Positions 22,046 through 31,152 of a DNA stretch of 64,000 bases are shown one piece after another; positions within the stretch are counted from its first letter, which is position 1, and each line of letters opens with the position of its first letter. The notes below the pieces were generated by a model. The model made no database searches and was not told where the DNA came from. It worked only from the letters and a program-made list of their open reading frames with translations. A program made the position numbers and the translations under genes. Source of the stretch: Dehalococcoidia bacterium (GTDB lineage: Bacteria > Chloroflexota > Dehalococcoidia > Plut-88900); NCBI GenBank assembly GCA_965207225.1, contig CBDBLV010000005.1:1472001-1536000 (forward strand), written 5' to 3'.

Positions 22046-24246
22046 TGCGGATGCCGTACCTGATTGGCGGGCGCCGCGGGCCCCGCAGGGCGCGGACGCC
22101 CCTGATGCTACAGATGGAGGACACCGAGTGCGGCGCCGTCTGCCTGGGCATCGTCCTAGCCTACTTCGGGCGTTGGGTCTCCGTGGAGGAGCTGCGCGAG
22201 TCGTGCGCCGTCAACAGGGACGGCTGTGACGCCGCCGACATCACGCGCGCCGCCCGCGGCTACGGGCTGGAGTCACGGGGCTGGCGCCGGGAGCCGGAAC
22301 AACTCGGCGACATGACCATGCCGCTGATCATCTTCTGGGAGTTCAACCACTTCCTGGTGCTGGAGGGGATCCGGGCAGGCAACTACCTGGTGAACGACCC
22401 GGCCAACGGACACCGGACGCTGACCGCCGAGGAGTTCGACCAGGGGTTCACCGGAATCGCGCTGAGCTTCGAGGCCGGACCGGACTTTCGTCCCGGAGGC
22501 TCCCGCCCCGGCGTCGTCCGCAGGCTGTGGCCCTGGCTCTCGGACGTGACCGGGCCGCTGGCATTCGCGCTGTTCTGCGGGCTTCTGCTGTCGCTCCCGG
22601 TCGCCGCCCTGCCGTTCCTGCTGAGCGTCTTCGTCGACCACGTGCTGAGCGGGCGGGAGCCCCAGTGGGGAGCTGCGCTGGCGGGAGGAGTGGCTCTGGC
22701 CGGCGGCCTGGTGTACCTGCTGACCTGGCTGCGGCAGCGCTGCCTCAGACTCCTGGCCGTGCGGCTCTCGGTGGACCACGCAGACCGCTTCATCAGACGG
22801 CTGTTCCGTCTGAAGATGCGGTTCTTCACCAACCGATACGGCGGTGATCTGACCTCCCGGATCCAGCTGATCGACCAGGTCTCCAAGGTGGCGACCGAGC
22901 AGTTCGTCGGGGTGGCCATCGAGCTGGTCACCAGCGCCGTATTCCTGCTGTTCCTGTTCCTGTACGACCCGTTGCTGGCCGGGGCGGTGGCGGCGCTGGG
23001 CGCGGTCAACCTGTATGTCATGCGCCTGCTCACCCGGGGACGGGTGGGCGAGAACCGACGCCTCCAGCGCGAGCAGGGCAAGCTGCAGGGCGTGGGGATG
23101 TACGGCCTGAGCAATATCGACACCCTGCAGTCGACCTCCGGCGAGGTCGGGTTCTTCTCCCACTGGAGCGGCTACCAGGCCAGGGAGCTGCTGGCCCGCC
23201 AGCGCTTCGCGGAGATAGGGCACCTCATGGGAGCACTGCCGGGCGTGTTCGTGATCCTGGGCAACGCCGTCGTGCTGGGGGTGGCGGGCTGGCGCGTGAT
23301 GGAGGGCGACATGTCCCTGGGCATGATGATGGGGTGCTACGTCCTGGCGACGTACTTCCTGATGCCCATCGGACGTCTGGCGCTGTTCGCCGACCTGTTC
23401 CAGGTCCTGGAGGCCAACCTCCAACGGATCGAGGACGTGATGGATGCCCCGGAGGACGCCTACTTCCAGGAGGACGGAGAGCGGCCCTCCGAGAGCAGCG
23501 CCGCTCTCAGCCGGACGGTGCGCCTGAGCGGGCAGCTTGAGTTGCGCAACGTGGAGTTTGGTCACAAGGCGAACCGGGAGCCGATGTTCCAGGACTTCAA
23601 TCTGACCATAGAGCCGGGCCAGAGGGTTGCCCTCGTCGGCCCGTCCGGGTCCGGCAAGTCGACGCTGGCGCTGCTGGCGGCGGGCGTCCACCAGCCCTGG
23701 TCGGGAGCGGTCCTCCTGGACGGCCACCCTCGCTCTGAAGTCCCCCGCAACCTGCTCGGCAGCTCGGTGGCCATGGTAGACCAGCGCATATTCCTATTCG
23801 CCGGCACCGTGCGGGAGAACCTGAGCCTGTGGAACCTTGAGATCCCCGAGCATGACCTGGTTGCCGCGGCCGCCGACGCGGCCATCCACGACGAGATCAT
23901 GGCGCGGGCGCAGGGCTATGATGCGCCCGTGGACGAGGGTGGGCGGAACTTCAGCGGCGGCCAGCGCCAACGCCTAGAGATTGCCCGCGCCCTGGTGGGC
24001 AACCCGTCTTTGCTGATACTGGACGAGGCCACCAGCGCGCTGGACCCGATAACCGAAGTGCGCATCGACGAAGCCCTTCGCCGGCGCGGATGCGCCTGCC
24101 TGATAGTGGCGCACCGCCTCAGCACCATCCGCGACTGCGACCTGATAGTGGTCTTGGACGGCGGGCGGGAAGTTCAGCGGGGCACGCACACCGAGCTGAT
24201 GACGGACCGGGACGGCCTCTACCGCCACCTGATGGAGACGGAATGA
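22045..24246 (+). CDS. NHLP-family ABC exporter with C39 peptidase, permease and ATPase domains
   Basis: LQMEDTECGAVCL (catalytic Cys), WEFNHF (His), GPSGSGKS, FSGGQRQR, LDEATSALD. Confidence 0.95.
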   Translation: MRMPYLIGGRRGPRRARTPLMLQMEDTECGAVCLGIVLAYFGRWVSVEELRESCAVNRDGCDAADITRAARGYGLESRGWRREPEQLGDMTMPLIIFWEFNHFLVLEGIRAGNYLVNDPANGHRTLTAEEFDQGFTGIALSFEAGPDFRPGGSRPGVVRRLWPWLSDVTGPLAFALFCGLLLSLPVAALPFLLSVFVDHVLSGREPQWGAALAGGVALAGGLVYLLTWLRQRCLRLLAVRLSVDHADRFIRRLFRLKMRFFTNRYGGDLTSRIQLIDQVSKVATEQFVGVAIELVTSAVFLLFLFLYDPLLAGAVAALGAVNLYVMRLLTRGRVGENRRLQREQGKLQGVGMYGLSNIDTLQSTSGEVGFFSHWSGYQARELLARQRFAEIGHLMGALPGVFVILGNAVVLGVAGWRVMEGDMSLGMMMGCYVLATYFLMPIGRLALFADLFQVLEANLQRIEDVMDAPEDAYFQEDGERPSESSAALSRTVRLSGQLELRNVEFGHKANREPMFQDFNLTIEPGQRVALVGPSGSGKSTLALLAAGVHQPWSGAVLLDGHPRSEVPRNLLGSSVAMVDQRIFLFAGTVRENLSLWNLEIPEHDLVAAAADAAIHDEIMARAQGYDAPVDEGGRNFSGGQRQRLEIARALVGNPSLLILDEATSALDPITEVRIDEALRRRGCACLIVAHRLSTIRDCDLIVVLDGGREVQRGTHTELMTDRDGLYRHLMETE

Positions 24247-27182
24247 GCAGCGACTTCGAAAAGGCCATCGACGCGACGGCTACGCACCGCATGGCCCAGC
24301 TGGCGCTCGCCCGCGGGGAACCAGCCCCCGGTGGCGGCAACCGCCCCATCCACCTCTCCGACCCCGGTGTCATGTGCTTCGTGGAGGAGGGACCGGTGGA
24401 CGTGTTCGCGGCCCGACGCCGGGCCGACGGGGTGCCGGCCAACTTCAAGCATCTGCTGCGTGCCGGAACCGGGCGGCTGCTGTTTCCCGCCGCGGAGAGC
24501 CTGACCGGGACGGTGCTGGTGATCAAGGGCCTTCCCGGCTCCGCGCTGCGCCTGTTGCCTCTGGACGCGCTCGACGGCGCCGGGTGCGATGGACTGGTCG
24601 TCGAGCAGGCGTGGGACTGGGTCTCCGAGGTCTCCGAGGCGGTGACGCGAGAGTTCACCTATCGCCCGCGCATAGACCGGCTCCTGTCTACGGAGCGGGT
24701 GGAGCAGCCGGTGGAGGCCGGGCAGGCGCTGTCGGCGCGCCGGGGCGTAGTGTGGGTGTCCAGCGGTGACGGGAGCCTTGTCTACCTCGGCACCGAAGAG
24801 GGTGACCCGGACGGCCCCGGCGTGGTCCCGGTCACGTCCGCGAGCTGGGTGACGGCGTCGAAGGATGCCGCGGTGCGCTGCCTCTCCACGACGGAGCTCC
24901 ACGGGGAGGGGCGGCTTATGTCCGCCCTGACGGCCTTCAACGATCTGGCCCTGAGCGCCGACGACCTCAACCGGCGCCTGCTCCTGGCCGACGTCGCCAA
25001 CTTGCAGACGAGCACCGCCGAGTACCGCCAGAGGGGTGAAGAGAACGCACGCCGCCGCCTCTTCGGGGTGCTGGGACCCGGGGTTGGGCGAGAGGGAGAC
25101 GACCTGGCCCTCCCCGGGGCGCTGCAACTGGTCGGCCGCTACGAGGGCATCGCCTTCCGCATGCCCCATGGCCCGGCGCAGCGCCCGGGGTCCGCCGCAG
25201 AAGGGCCGTCGCTGGCCGACGTCCTGCTGGCCTCCGGGGTGCGCATGAGACGGATCGCCCTGCGCATGGAGCAACGCTGGTGGCAGGGGGACAGCGGCGC
25301 GATGCTCGCCATCCGCGCGGGAGACGGCGCGCCCGTGGCCCTCTTGCCGGGGCCCCTGGGATACTACCGGATGGTCGAGCCGGAGTCCGGCCGCCTCCGG
25401 CGGGTCACCGCCCGGCGGGCAGAGTCGCTGGAGCGGGAGGCCTATTTCTTCTACTGTCCGCTGCCCGACGACGAACCGGTCGGGGCCCGGCAGCTGTCCG
25501 GGTTGGCATTCCACCGGGTGGGGGCCGACTTTGTCCGGATGGTCGGGGCCGGGATGCTTGCCGGCCTCGCAATGCTGGTGCCTGCCGTCCTCCTCGGGGC
25601 CTTCGTGGGGCGGGCGCTGCCCTCCGGCTCCCTGCAGATGCTGGGGGCGCTGACCCTGGGAGCCGTTCTCATCGCCCTGCTCCTGGGTGTGCTGCAGATG
25701 TTCCAGGGCACGGCGCTGATGAGGCTGGAGGGCCGGGTGACGGCGCGCGCCGGAGCGGCAATGTGGCACCGGATGCTGGACCTGCCGTCGGGGTTCTTCC
25801 GACGCTTCACCGCCGGCGACCTGGCCACGCGGGCGATGGCGTTCTACGAGCTGCGGGACCAGGTGTCGGGAGTCGTCGTGGGCGCGCTGCTATCGGTCCT
25901 CTTCCTGCTCCCCACCTTCGCCCTGCTCTTCCTGTATAACGCCGCCCTGGGCTGGCTGTGCCTTGGTCTGGGACTGGTCTGCCTGGGCGTCACCCTCGCG
26001 CTGGGCCTGATGCAGACGCCATACCATCGCCGTCGGCTGGCCGTCACCCGGCGGCTGGCGGGGACGCTGCTCCAGCTGATAGGCGGGGTGGGCAAGCTGC
26101 GGACCGCGGGCGCCGAGGGAATGGCCTTCATCATGTGGGCCCGGGGATACCGGGAGCAGAAGCAGACGGAGATGAGGCTGGGGGCGTACCAGGAGCACCT
26201 GATGGCCTTCACCGCGGCCGTGCCGCTGCTCGCCTCCGCAGCGCTGTTCGCCCTGGCATTGACGATTGGCGGGGACGACCTGGCAGTGGGCGGCTTTCTG
26301 GTGGTGTACGCCGCCTTCATGGTGTTCAATGGCGCGGTCGTCCAGCTCGGCGGGGCCTTCTCCGCCCTCGCCGCCATACTCCCTGCCGTGCAGCAGGTGC
26401 AGCCCATCCTGGCCCAGCGCCCCCGCAACGTCTCCTCGGACCTTCCAGCCCCCGAGCTGAAGGGCGAGGTGCTGCTGGACCGCGTGAGCTTCCGCTACTC
26501 TGACGACGGGCCGCTGATCCTCAACGACGTGACCATCCACGCCCTGCCGGGAGAGTTCATCGCCCTGGTCGGGGAGTCGGGCGCGGGAAAGAGCACGATA
26601 TTCCGTCTGGCCCTGGGACTTGAGAGGCCGCAGCTCGGCGCCGTCTACTACGACGGCCACGACTTGAACAGGCTCAACTGGAGCTCGGTGCGCAGCAGGA
26701 TCGGCACTGTCCCTCAGGACGCCCACCTGCGCCCACAGACGATTCTGGACAACATCATCGGCATCGACGGGGAGCTGAACGAGGACGACGCATGGCGGGC
26801 CGCCAGGCTGGCACGGGTGGAAGCCGACATCGCGGCAATGCCCATGCGCATGTACACCGTCAGCAGCGAGAGCGCCGCGGCCTTCTCCGGCGGCCAGGTG
26901 CAGCGCTTCATGCTGGCCGCCGCCCTGGCTCGGGATCCCAAGGTGCTGCTGCTGGACGAGGCGACCAACTGGCTCGACAACCGGACCCAGGCCGACATCA
27001 TGGAGCAGATCGAGCAGCTCTCCGTGACCCGCATCATCAGCGCCCATCGCCTGTCCACCATTCGGCGGGCCGACCGCATCTACGTGCTCCAGGGCGGGCG
27101 GGTTGTCCAGGAGGGGACCTTCGAAGGGCTGATGGAACAGGAAGGCGTCTTCCGGGACCTGGTCAGGCGGCAACTGACGTGA
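24243..27182 (+). CDS. NHLP-family ABC exporter permease/ATPase (second subunit, no active C39)
   Basis: ATGA overlap with the previous gene; WWQGDSGAMLA, GESGAGKS, FSGGQ, LLDEAT. Confidence 0.9.
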   Translation: MSSDFEKAIDATATHRMAQLALARGEPAPGGGNRPIHLSDPGVMCFVEEGPVDVFAARRRADGVPANFKHLLRAGTGRLLFPAAESLTGTVLVIKGLPGSALRLLPLDALDGAGCDGLVVEQAWDWVSEVSEAVTREFTYRPRIDRLLSTERVEQPVEAGQALSARRGVVWVSSGDGSLVYLGTEEGDPDGPGVVPVTSASWVTASKDAAVRCLSTTELHGEGRLMSALTAFNDLALSADDLNRRLLLADVANLQTSTAEYRQRGEENARRRLFGVLGPGVGREGDDLALPGALQLVGRYEGIAFRMPHGPAQRPGSAAEGPSLADVLLASGVRMRRIALRMEQRWWQGDSGAMLAIRAGDGAPVALLPGPLGYYRMVEPESGRLRRVTARRAESLEREAYFFYCPLPDDEPVGARQLSGLAFHRVGADFVRMVGAGMLAGLAMLVPAVLLGAFVGRALPSGSLQMLGALTLGAVLIALLLGVLQMFQGTALMRLEGRVTARAGAAMWHRMLDLPSGFFRRFTAGDLATRAMAFYELRDQVSGVVVGALLSVLFLLPTFALLFLYNAALGWLCLGLGLVCLGVTLALGLMQTPYHRRRLAVTRRLAGTLLQLIGGVGKLRTAGAEGMAFIMWARGYREQKQTEMRLGAYQEHLMAFTAAVPLLASAALFALALTIGGDDLAVGGFLVVYAAFMVFNGAVVQLGGAFSALAAILPAVQQVQPILAQRPRNVSSDLPAPELKGEVLLDRVSFRYSDDGPLILNDVTIHALPGEFIALVGESGAGKSTIFRLALGLERPQLGAVYYDGHDLNRLNWSSVRSRIGTVPQDAHLRPQTILDNIIGIDGELNEDDAWRAARLARVEADIAAMPMRMYTVSSESAAAFSGGQVQRFMLAAALARDPKVLLLDEATNWLDNRTQADIMEQIEQLSVTRIISAHRLSTIRRADRIYVLQGGRVVQEGTFEGLMEQEGVFRDLVRRQLT

Positions 27183-27247
27183 GTCGCCCGTCCCGCCAGA
27201 TAAACGATGGAGGCATGGAGGAGGCAGACGAGAGTGAGGAGGACTGC

Positions 27248-28339
27248 ATGAAGGCAAGCGAGACAGGGCCGGGAAGCGGGCTCTCCAGCGAGGCGCCCCA
27301 CGGCTCCTTTGGCGAGTTCCTGGCGGAGCTGCACAGCCTGTTTCCTTCCGCGCTGCTCAGCGGACCCGGCTGGGAGCGTCTGCTGGTGCTGGCGCATCGC
27401 CTGCCCATCCACGTGTTCGACCAACGTTTCGGTTTCGAGTTCGATCTGTGCGTCCCCGACCCGGCGGCGGACTTCTGCGTGGTGCCGCCTCCCGGCTCCC
27501 GTCTTGCCGAGTTCTACGCCCAGCAGGGCCAGCTTGCCCCACGGGGGTCCGCAGAGGCCGCGCTGGGGGCGTTTCTCGCCGAACAGTCAAGCGACCCGCA
27601 GGCTTTTCTGGCAGGGCGAAACGGCGGCGTGATACTCGAGTACGATCTGGCCGGGATTCCGTCGGAGCAACCGGCCTCGCCCGGGATCTTCATAGTGCCT
27701 CGGGATGCGCAGGAAGAGTCCTGCATTGAGGGGTTATTCGGCGACCTGGAGCCTGTCATAGCCGCCCTGTGGGCGGTCGCCGGGTGGACGCCCGACGCCG
27801 CGATCCTGCGGCAGGTACGCCGGGTCTACCAGACCATGCCCCCGATGGGCTTGGTCACCCAGGCAGGCGTCCTGCCCAGCCGCGCGCAACGGGCGGTCCG
27901 TCTCATCATAGGCACGGGTTCCGGCACAGATGCCGTTGAGCTCTTGTCACGGCTCGGGTGGTCCGGTCCCCCTGCGGACGTGCTCGCCGTGTACGAGAGC
28001 CTGGAGGAGATGACGAGCCCGGGCGTCAGCCTGAGCGTTGACGTTACCGCGGAGGGGGTATCTCCCCGCCTTGGATTGGAGTTCCACCGGCCCGCCCAGT
28101 GGTACGAGCTGGACCGCTCCGGGTGGAATCGGCTGGTCGATCGGTTGGAAGAGAGGGGATGGTGCCTTCCGGGGAAGGCCCGCGGTCTGAAGGCATGGCC
28201 GCGAGTGGAGCAGGTCTTCGATCAAGCCGGAGTGTTCATGGTCCGGCAGAGCATCAATCATGTAAAGGTGGTTGTGAACCGCGGAAGAACTGAGGCCAAA
28301 GCCTACGCCGGCACGGCTATCTCGAAGGCGATCCCGTAG
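27248..28339 (+). CDS. Uncharacterised 363-aa protein, candidate RiPP maturase (possibly ABBA/aromatic prenyltransferase-like)
   Basis: GAGGAGG RBS; last gene of the exporter operon; motifs FGFEFDL..AADF, ILEYDL, PRLGLEF, INHVKV...EAKAY; the fold guess is inference. Confidence 0.6.
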   Translation: MKASETGPGSGLSSEAPHGSFGEFLAELHSLFPSALLSGPGWERLLVLAHRLPIHVFDQRFGFEFDLCVPDPAADFCVVPPPGSRLAEFYAQQGQLAPRGSAEAALGAFLAEQSSDPQAFLAGRNGGVILEYDLAGIPSEQPASPGIFIVPRDAQEESCIEGLFGDLEPVIAALWAVAGWTPDAAILRQVRRVYQTMPPMGLVTQAGVLPSRAQRAVRLIIGTGSGTDAVELLSRLGWSGPPADVLAVYESLEEMTSPGVSLSVDVTAEGVSPRLGLEFHRPAQWYELDRSGWNRLVDRLEERGWCLPGKARGLKAWPRVEQVFDQAGVFMVRQSINHVKVVVNRGRTEAKAYAGTAISKAIP

Positions 28340-28407
28340 GCCTGCGCCGCGCCGTTAACGGCCAGCCGCCGATCGACCCTGTCGTCGCCGATATGCCTGC
28401 CGCGTTA

Positions 28408-28677
28408 CTAGCTTGGGTTCCCCCATTCCTTAACGTAGGGGAACCCGCCGGCTATCTTCTCCAGCTCCGTCTCCGTGAGCTCCGACGATGGCGGCAGCAC
28501 CAGGTGGGCGGTGGTGGCGCTGTCCTCGTGCACAACCACGTCGAAACCGTCCGGTATGACCGTGCCTATCTCGGAGGCGATGGCGCCCTTCGGGTCGGCG
28601 ATAAGGCGGGTGCGGAACTCGCTGTCCACCTCCGCTTTGTCGAGTATCCGGTCCTTCATTTCGGTTGCTGTCGTCAT
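28408..28677 (-). CDS. NHLP-leader RiPP precursor 1, core FPYVKEWGNPS
   Basis: NHLP leader (D.EFR.RLIADPK.AI...VHED...HLVLP...ELTE.ELE.IAGG). Confidence 0.9.
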   Translation of the reverse strand: MTTATEMKDRILDKAEVDSEFRTRLIADPKGAIASEIGTVIPDGFDVVVHEDSATTAHLVLPPSSELTETELEKIAGGFPYVKEWGNPS

Positions 28678-28724
28678 TGCTCTATTCCTTTCTCTCTTCT
28701 TCGTTTCAGATAGTGGCTCCCCAT

Positions 28725-28784
28725 TCAGGGAAAGGGGGGCAGAACCAGGTGAGCGGTGGTGGCGCAGTCCTCGTGCACCACGAC
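28725..28784 (-). pseudogene. Relic of an NHLP leader
   Basis: Reads VVVHEDCATTAHLVLPPFP* within the spacer. Confidence 0.75.
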
Positions 28785-28799
28785 ATGTCATGTCGTTCT

Positions 28800-29063
28800 T
28801 TACCATGGGCTCTGGCCTCTGTAGGCGCGCCCTCCTGCGACCGTCTCCAGTTCGGTCTCCGTGAGTTCCGGCGATGGCGGCAGCACTAGGTGGGCGGTGG
28901 CAGCGCTGTCCTCGTGCACCACCACGTCGAACCCGTCCGGTATGGCCGTGCCTATCTCGGAGGCAATGGCCCCATTCGGGTCGGCGATTAGGCGGGCGCG
29001 GAACTCGTCGTCCTCCGACGCTTTGCCCAGAATCTGCTTCTTCAGTTCGGCTGCCGTCGTCAT
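28800..29063 (-). CDS. NHLP precursor 2, core RAYRGQSPW
   Basis: Same leader, ending VAGG. Confidence 0.9.
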   Translation of the reverse strand: MTTAAELKKQILGKASEDDEFRARLIADPNGAIASEIGTAIPDGFDVVVHEDSAATAHLVLPPSPELTETELETVAGGRAYRGQSPW

Positions 29064-29159
29064 TGCGCTACTCCTTTCTCTCCTGCTCGTTTCGGGTAGC
29101 GGCTCCCTGCATTCGAAGGTGGGGATGCCACGCCAAGTGATCCTCTTGGCTTCCCCAAC

Positions 29160-29210
29160 CTAGGCGCCACCTTTGCCCCATGGCGTCACTCCCCAAGCAG
29201 CTCCGGCGAC
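29160..29210 (-). pseudogene. Orphan core cassette VAGA-AWGVTPWGKGGA*
   Basis: Out of frame, 4 nt after the stop of precursor 3; closely matches the core and downstream DNA of precursor 5. Confidence 0.8.
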
Positions 29211-29214
29211 AGGT

Positions 29215-29493
29215 TCACCCGGTCGGTGGAGTCCACTCCGGTGTCTTCGCTCCCCAAGTAGCTCCGGCGACCATCTCCAACTCCGCATCCGTGAGCTCCG
29301 GCGAGGGGGGCAGCACCAGGTGGGCGGTGGTGGCACCTTCCTCGTGCACCACCACTTCGAACCCGTCCGGTAGGGCCGCGCCTATCTCGGAGGCGATGGC
29401 GCCCTTCGGGTCGGCGATGAGACGGGTCCGGAACTCGCCGTCCTCCGACGCCTTGCCCAGAATCTGCTTCTTCAGTTCGGCTGCTGTCGTCAT
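29215..29493 (-). CDS. NHLP precursor 3, core TWGAKTPEWTPPTG
   Basis: Same leader, ending VAGA. Confidence 0.9.
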   Translation of the reverse strand: MTTAAELKKQILGKASEDGEFRTRLIADPKGAIASEIGAALPDGFEVVVHEEGATTAHLVLPPSPELTDAELEMVAGATWGAKTPEWTPPTG

Positions 29494-29563
29494 TGCTCTA
29501 CTCCAATCTCTCTTGTTCGTTTCGGTTGGCGGTTCCCTGCATTCGATAGTGGGTATGGATACC

Positions 29564-29682
29564 TCACCACACGATTGTCAACATGCCGCCCGTTGCCTTT
29601 CCAACTCGGCCTAGGTCAGCGCCGGCATTAGCGCCGGGACGCCGGCTTCAGGGCTTCCCAATCGGCTTCCGCCCGCGACCAA
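29564..29682 (-). pseudogene. Two degraded leader-end/core relics
   Basis: LVAGG...(29682-29628) and PALT*AELE-(frameshift)-ATGG-MLTIVW* (29625-29564). Confidence 0.55.
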
Positions 29683-29698
29683 CCTGCGCCCTCCTTGG

Positions 29699-29965
29699 TC
29701 AAAAGTCATCGGACGCGTCCCAACCAGCGTTTCCGCCGGCGACCATCTCCATCTCGGCCTCGGTGAGCTCCGGCGAGGCCGGAAGCACCAGGTGGGCGGT
29801 GGTGGCGTCATCCTCGTGCACCACCACGTCGAACCCGTCCGGTATGGCCGTTCCGATCTCGGAGGAGATGGCGGCCTTCGGGTCAGCGATGAGGCGGGCG
29901 CGGAACTCGCTGTCCACCTCCGCTCTGCCCAGAATCTGCGTCTTCAGTTCGGCTACCGTCGTCAT
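29699..29965 (-). CDS. NHLP precursor 4, core NAGWDASDDF
   Basis: Same leader, ending VAGG; AAGGAG RBS. Confidence 0.9.
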   Translation of the reverse strand: MTTVAELKTQILGRAEVDSEFRARLIADPKAAISSEIGTAIPDGFDVVVHEDDATTAHLVLPASPELTEAEMEMVAGGNAGWDASDDF

Positions 29966-30061
29966 TGCGCTGCTCCTTGCTCTCCTGTTCGTTTCGGATA
30001 GCGGCTCCCCGCATTCATAGGTGGGCATGTCACGGCAAGTGATCCTCTTGGCATCCCCAAC

Positions 30062-30334
30062 CTAGGCGCCGCCTTGGCCCCATGGTGTCGCTCCCCAACC
30101 AGCTCCGGCGACAGCTTCCAGTTCCGCATCCGTGAGCTCCTGCGAGGGAGGCAGCACCAGATGGGCGGTAGTGGCGCCGTCCTCGTGCACCTCTACGTCG
30201 AACCTATCGGGTATGGCCGTGCCGATCTCGGAGGCTATGGCACCCTTCGGGTCCCTGATAAGGCGGGCGCTGAACTCGGCGTCCTCAGCCGCCCTGCTCA
30301 GGACCTGTGTCTTCAGTTCGGTTGCTGTGGTCAT
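30062..30334 (-). CDS. NHLP precursor 5, core GWGATPWGQGGA
   Basis: Same leader, ending VAGA. Confidence 0.9.
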   Translation of the reverse strand: MTTATELKTQVLSRAAEDAEFSARLIRDPKGAIASEIGTAIPDRFDVEVHEDGATTAHLVLPPSQELTDAELEAVAGAGWGATPWGQGGA

Positions 30335-30430
30335 AGCCTTACTTCTATTCTCATCTTCGTTCCCCATGGTGGCTCCCCGTGTTGGAAGGGGACCTGCTGC
30401 CGGACCACCTCCGGACTCAGCCTTGCTGTC

Positions 30431-30688
30431 CTAACCCCACAGGCCGGTATGGTGGCCTCCGGCGACGGTCTCCAGTTCGGCCTCCGTGAGCTCCGGAGAG
30501 GGGGACAGCACCAGGTGGGCCGTGGTGGCAGTGTCCTCGTGCACCACGACGTCGAACCCGTCCGGTATGGTAGCTCCGATTTCGGAGGCAATGGCGGCCT
30601 TCGGGTCGGCAATGAGAAGCGCGCGGAATACGCCGTCCTCCGACGCCCTGCCGAGTATCCGGTCCTTCATTTCGGTTGCCGTGGTCAC
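30431..30688 (-). CDS. NHLP precursor 6, core HHTGLWG
   Basis: GTG start after AAGGAG; leader ends VAGG. Confidence 0.9.
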   Translation of the reverse strand: MTTATEMKDRILGRASEDGVFRALLIADPKAAIASEIGATIPDGFDVVVHEDTATTAHLVLSPSPELTEAELETVAGGHHTGLWG

Positions 30689-30757
30689 GGCTCTCCTTCT
30701 TTCACTATGTGCTCCAAGAGACTTCACCCTGGGTTGCTGTATCCGAAAAGGTATCCG

Positions 30758-31018
30758 TTACCAGGCCATATAGCCCCCGATGCCGCCGGCAACTGACTCC
30801 AGCTCGGCCTCCGTCAGCTCCGGCGAGAGGGGCAGCACCAGGTGGGCGGTGGTAGCGCTGTCCTCGTGCACCACCACGTCGAACCCGTCCGGTATGGCTG
30901 ATCCGATCTCGGAGGCGATTGCAGCCTTCGGTTCGGCGATGAGGCGGGCGCGGAACTCGCTGTCCTCGGCCGCCTTGCTCAGGACCTGTCTCTTCAACTC
31001 GGTTGCAGTGGTCATCAT
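30758..31018 (-). CDS. NHLP precursor 7, core IGGYMAW
   Basis: Same leader, ending VAGG. Confidence 0.9.
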   Translation of the reverse strand: MMTTATELKRQVLSKAAEDSEFRARLIAEPKAAIASEIGSAIPDGFDVVVHEDSATTAHLVLPLSPELTEAELESVAGGIGGYMAW

Positions 31019-31152
31019 TCACCTCGTTTTTGACTATTTGGGGGTCTCAACTGGCCCCGCCCGGCGGCCAACCCGAGGTCAGCCGGCGCCAAATCCGGTC
31101 AGAAAGACAGCGCCAAGGGGGACGTCCGGTGGCGCCGTCCTTTTGCGGTACG

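Noticed and set aside
24090-27247. ORF-track starts at 24090 and 26792
   Set aside because: They overlap upstream genes with low-complexity sequence; the coupled or RBS-supported starts are 24243 and 27248.
22273-27257. Long antisense ORFs (484, 516 and 455 aa)
   Set aside because: These are shadow frames of high-GC ABC transporter genes.
30361-31150. Possible further relics in the spacers after precursors 6 and 8
   Set aside because: Only fragments of a few codons match the leader, too degraded to support a call.
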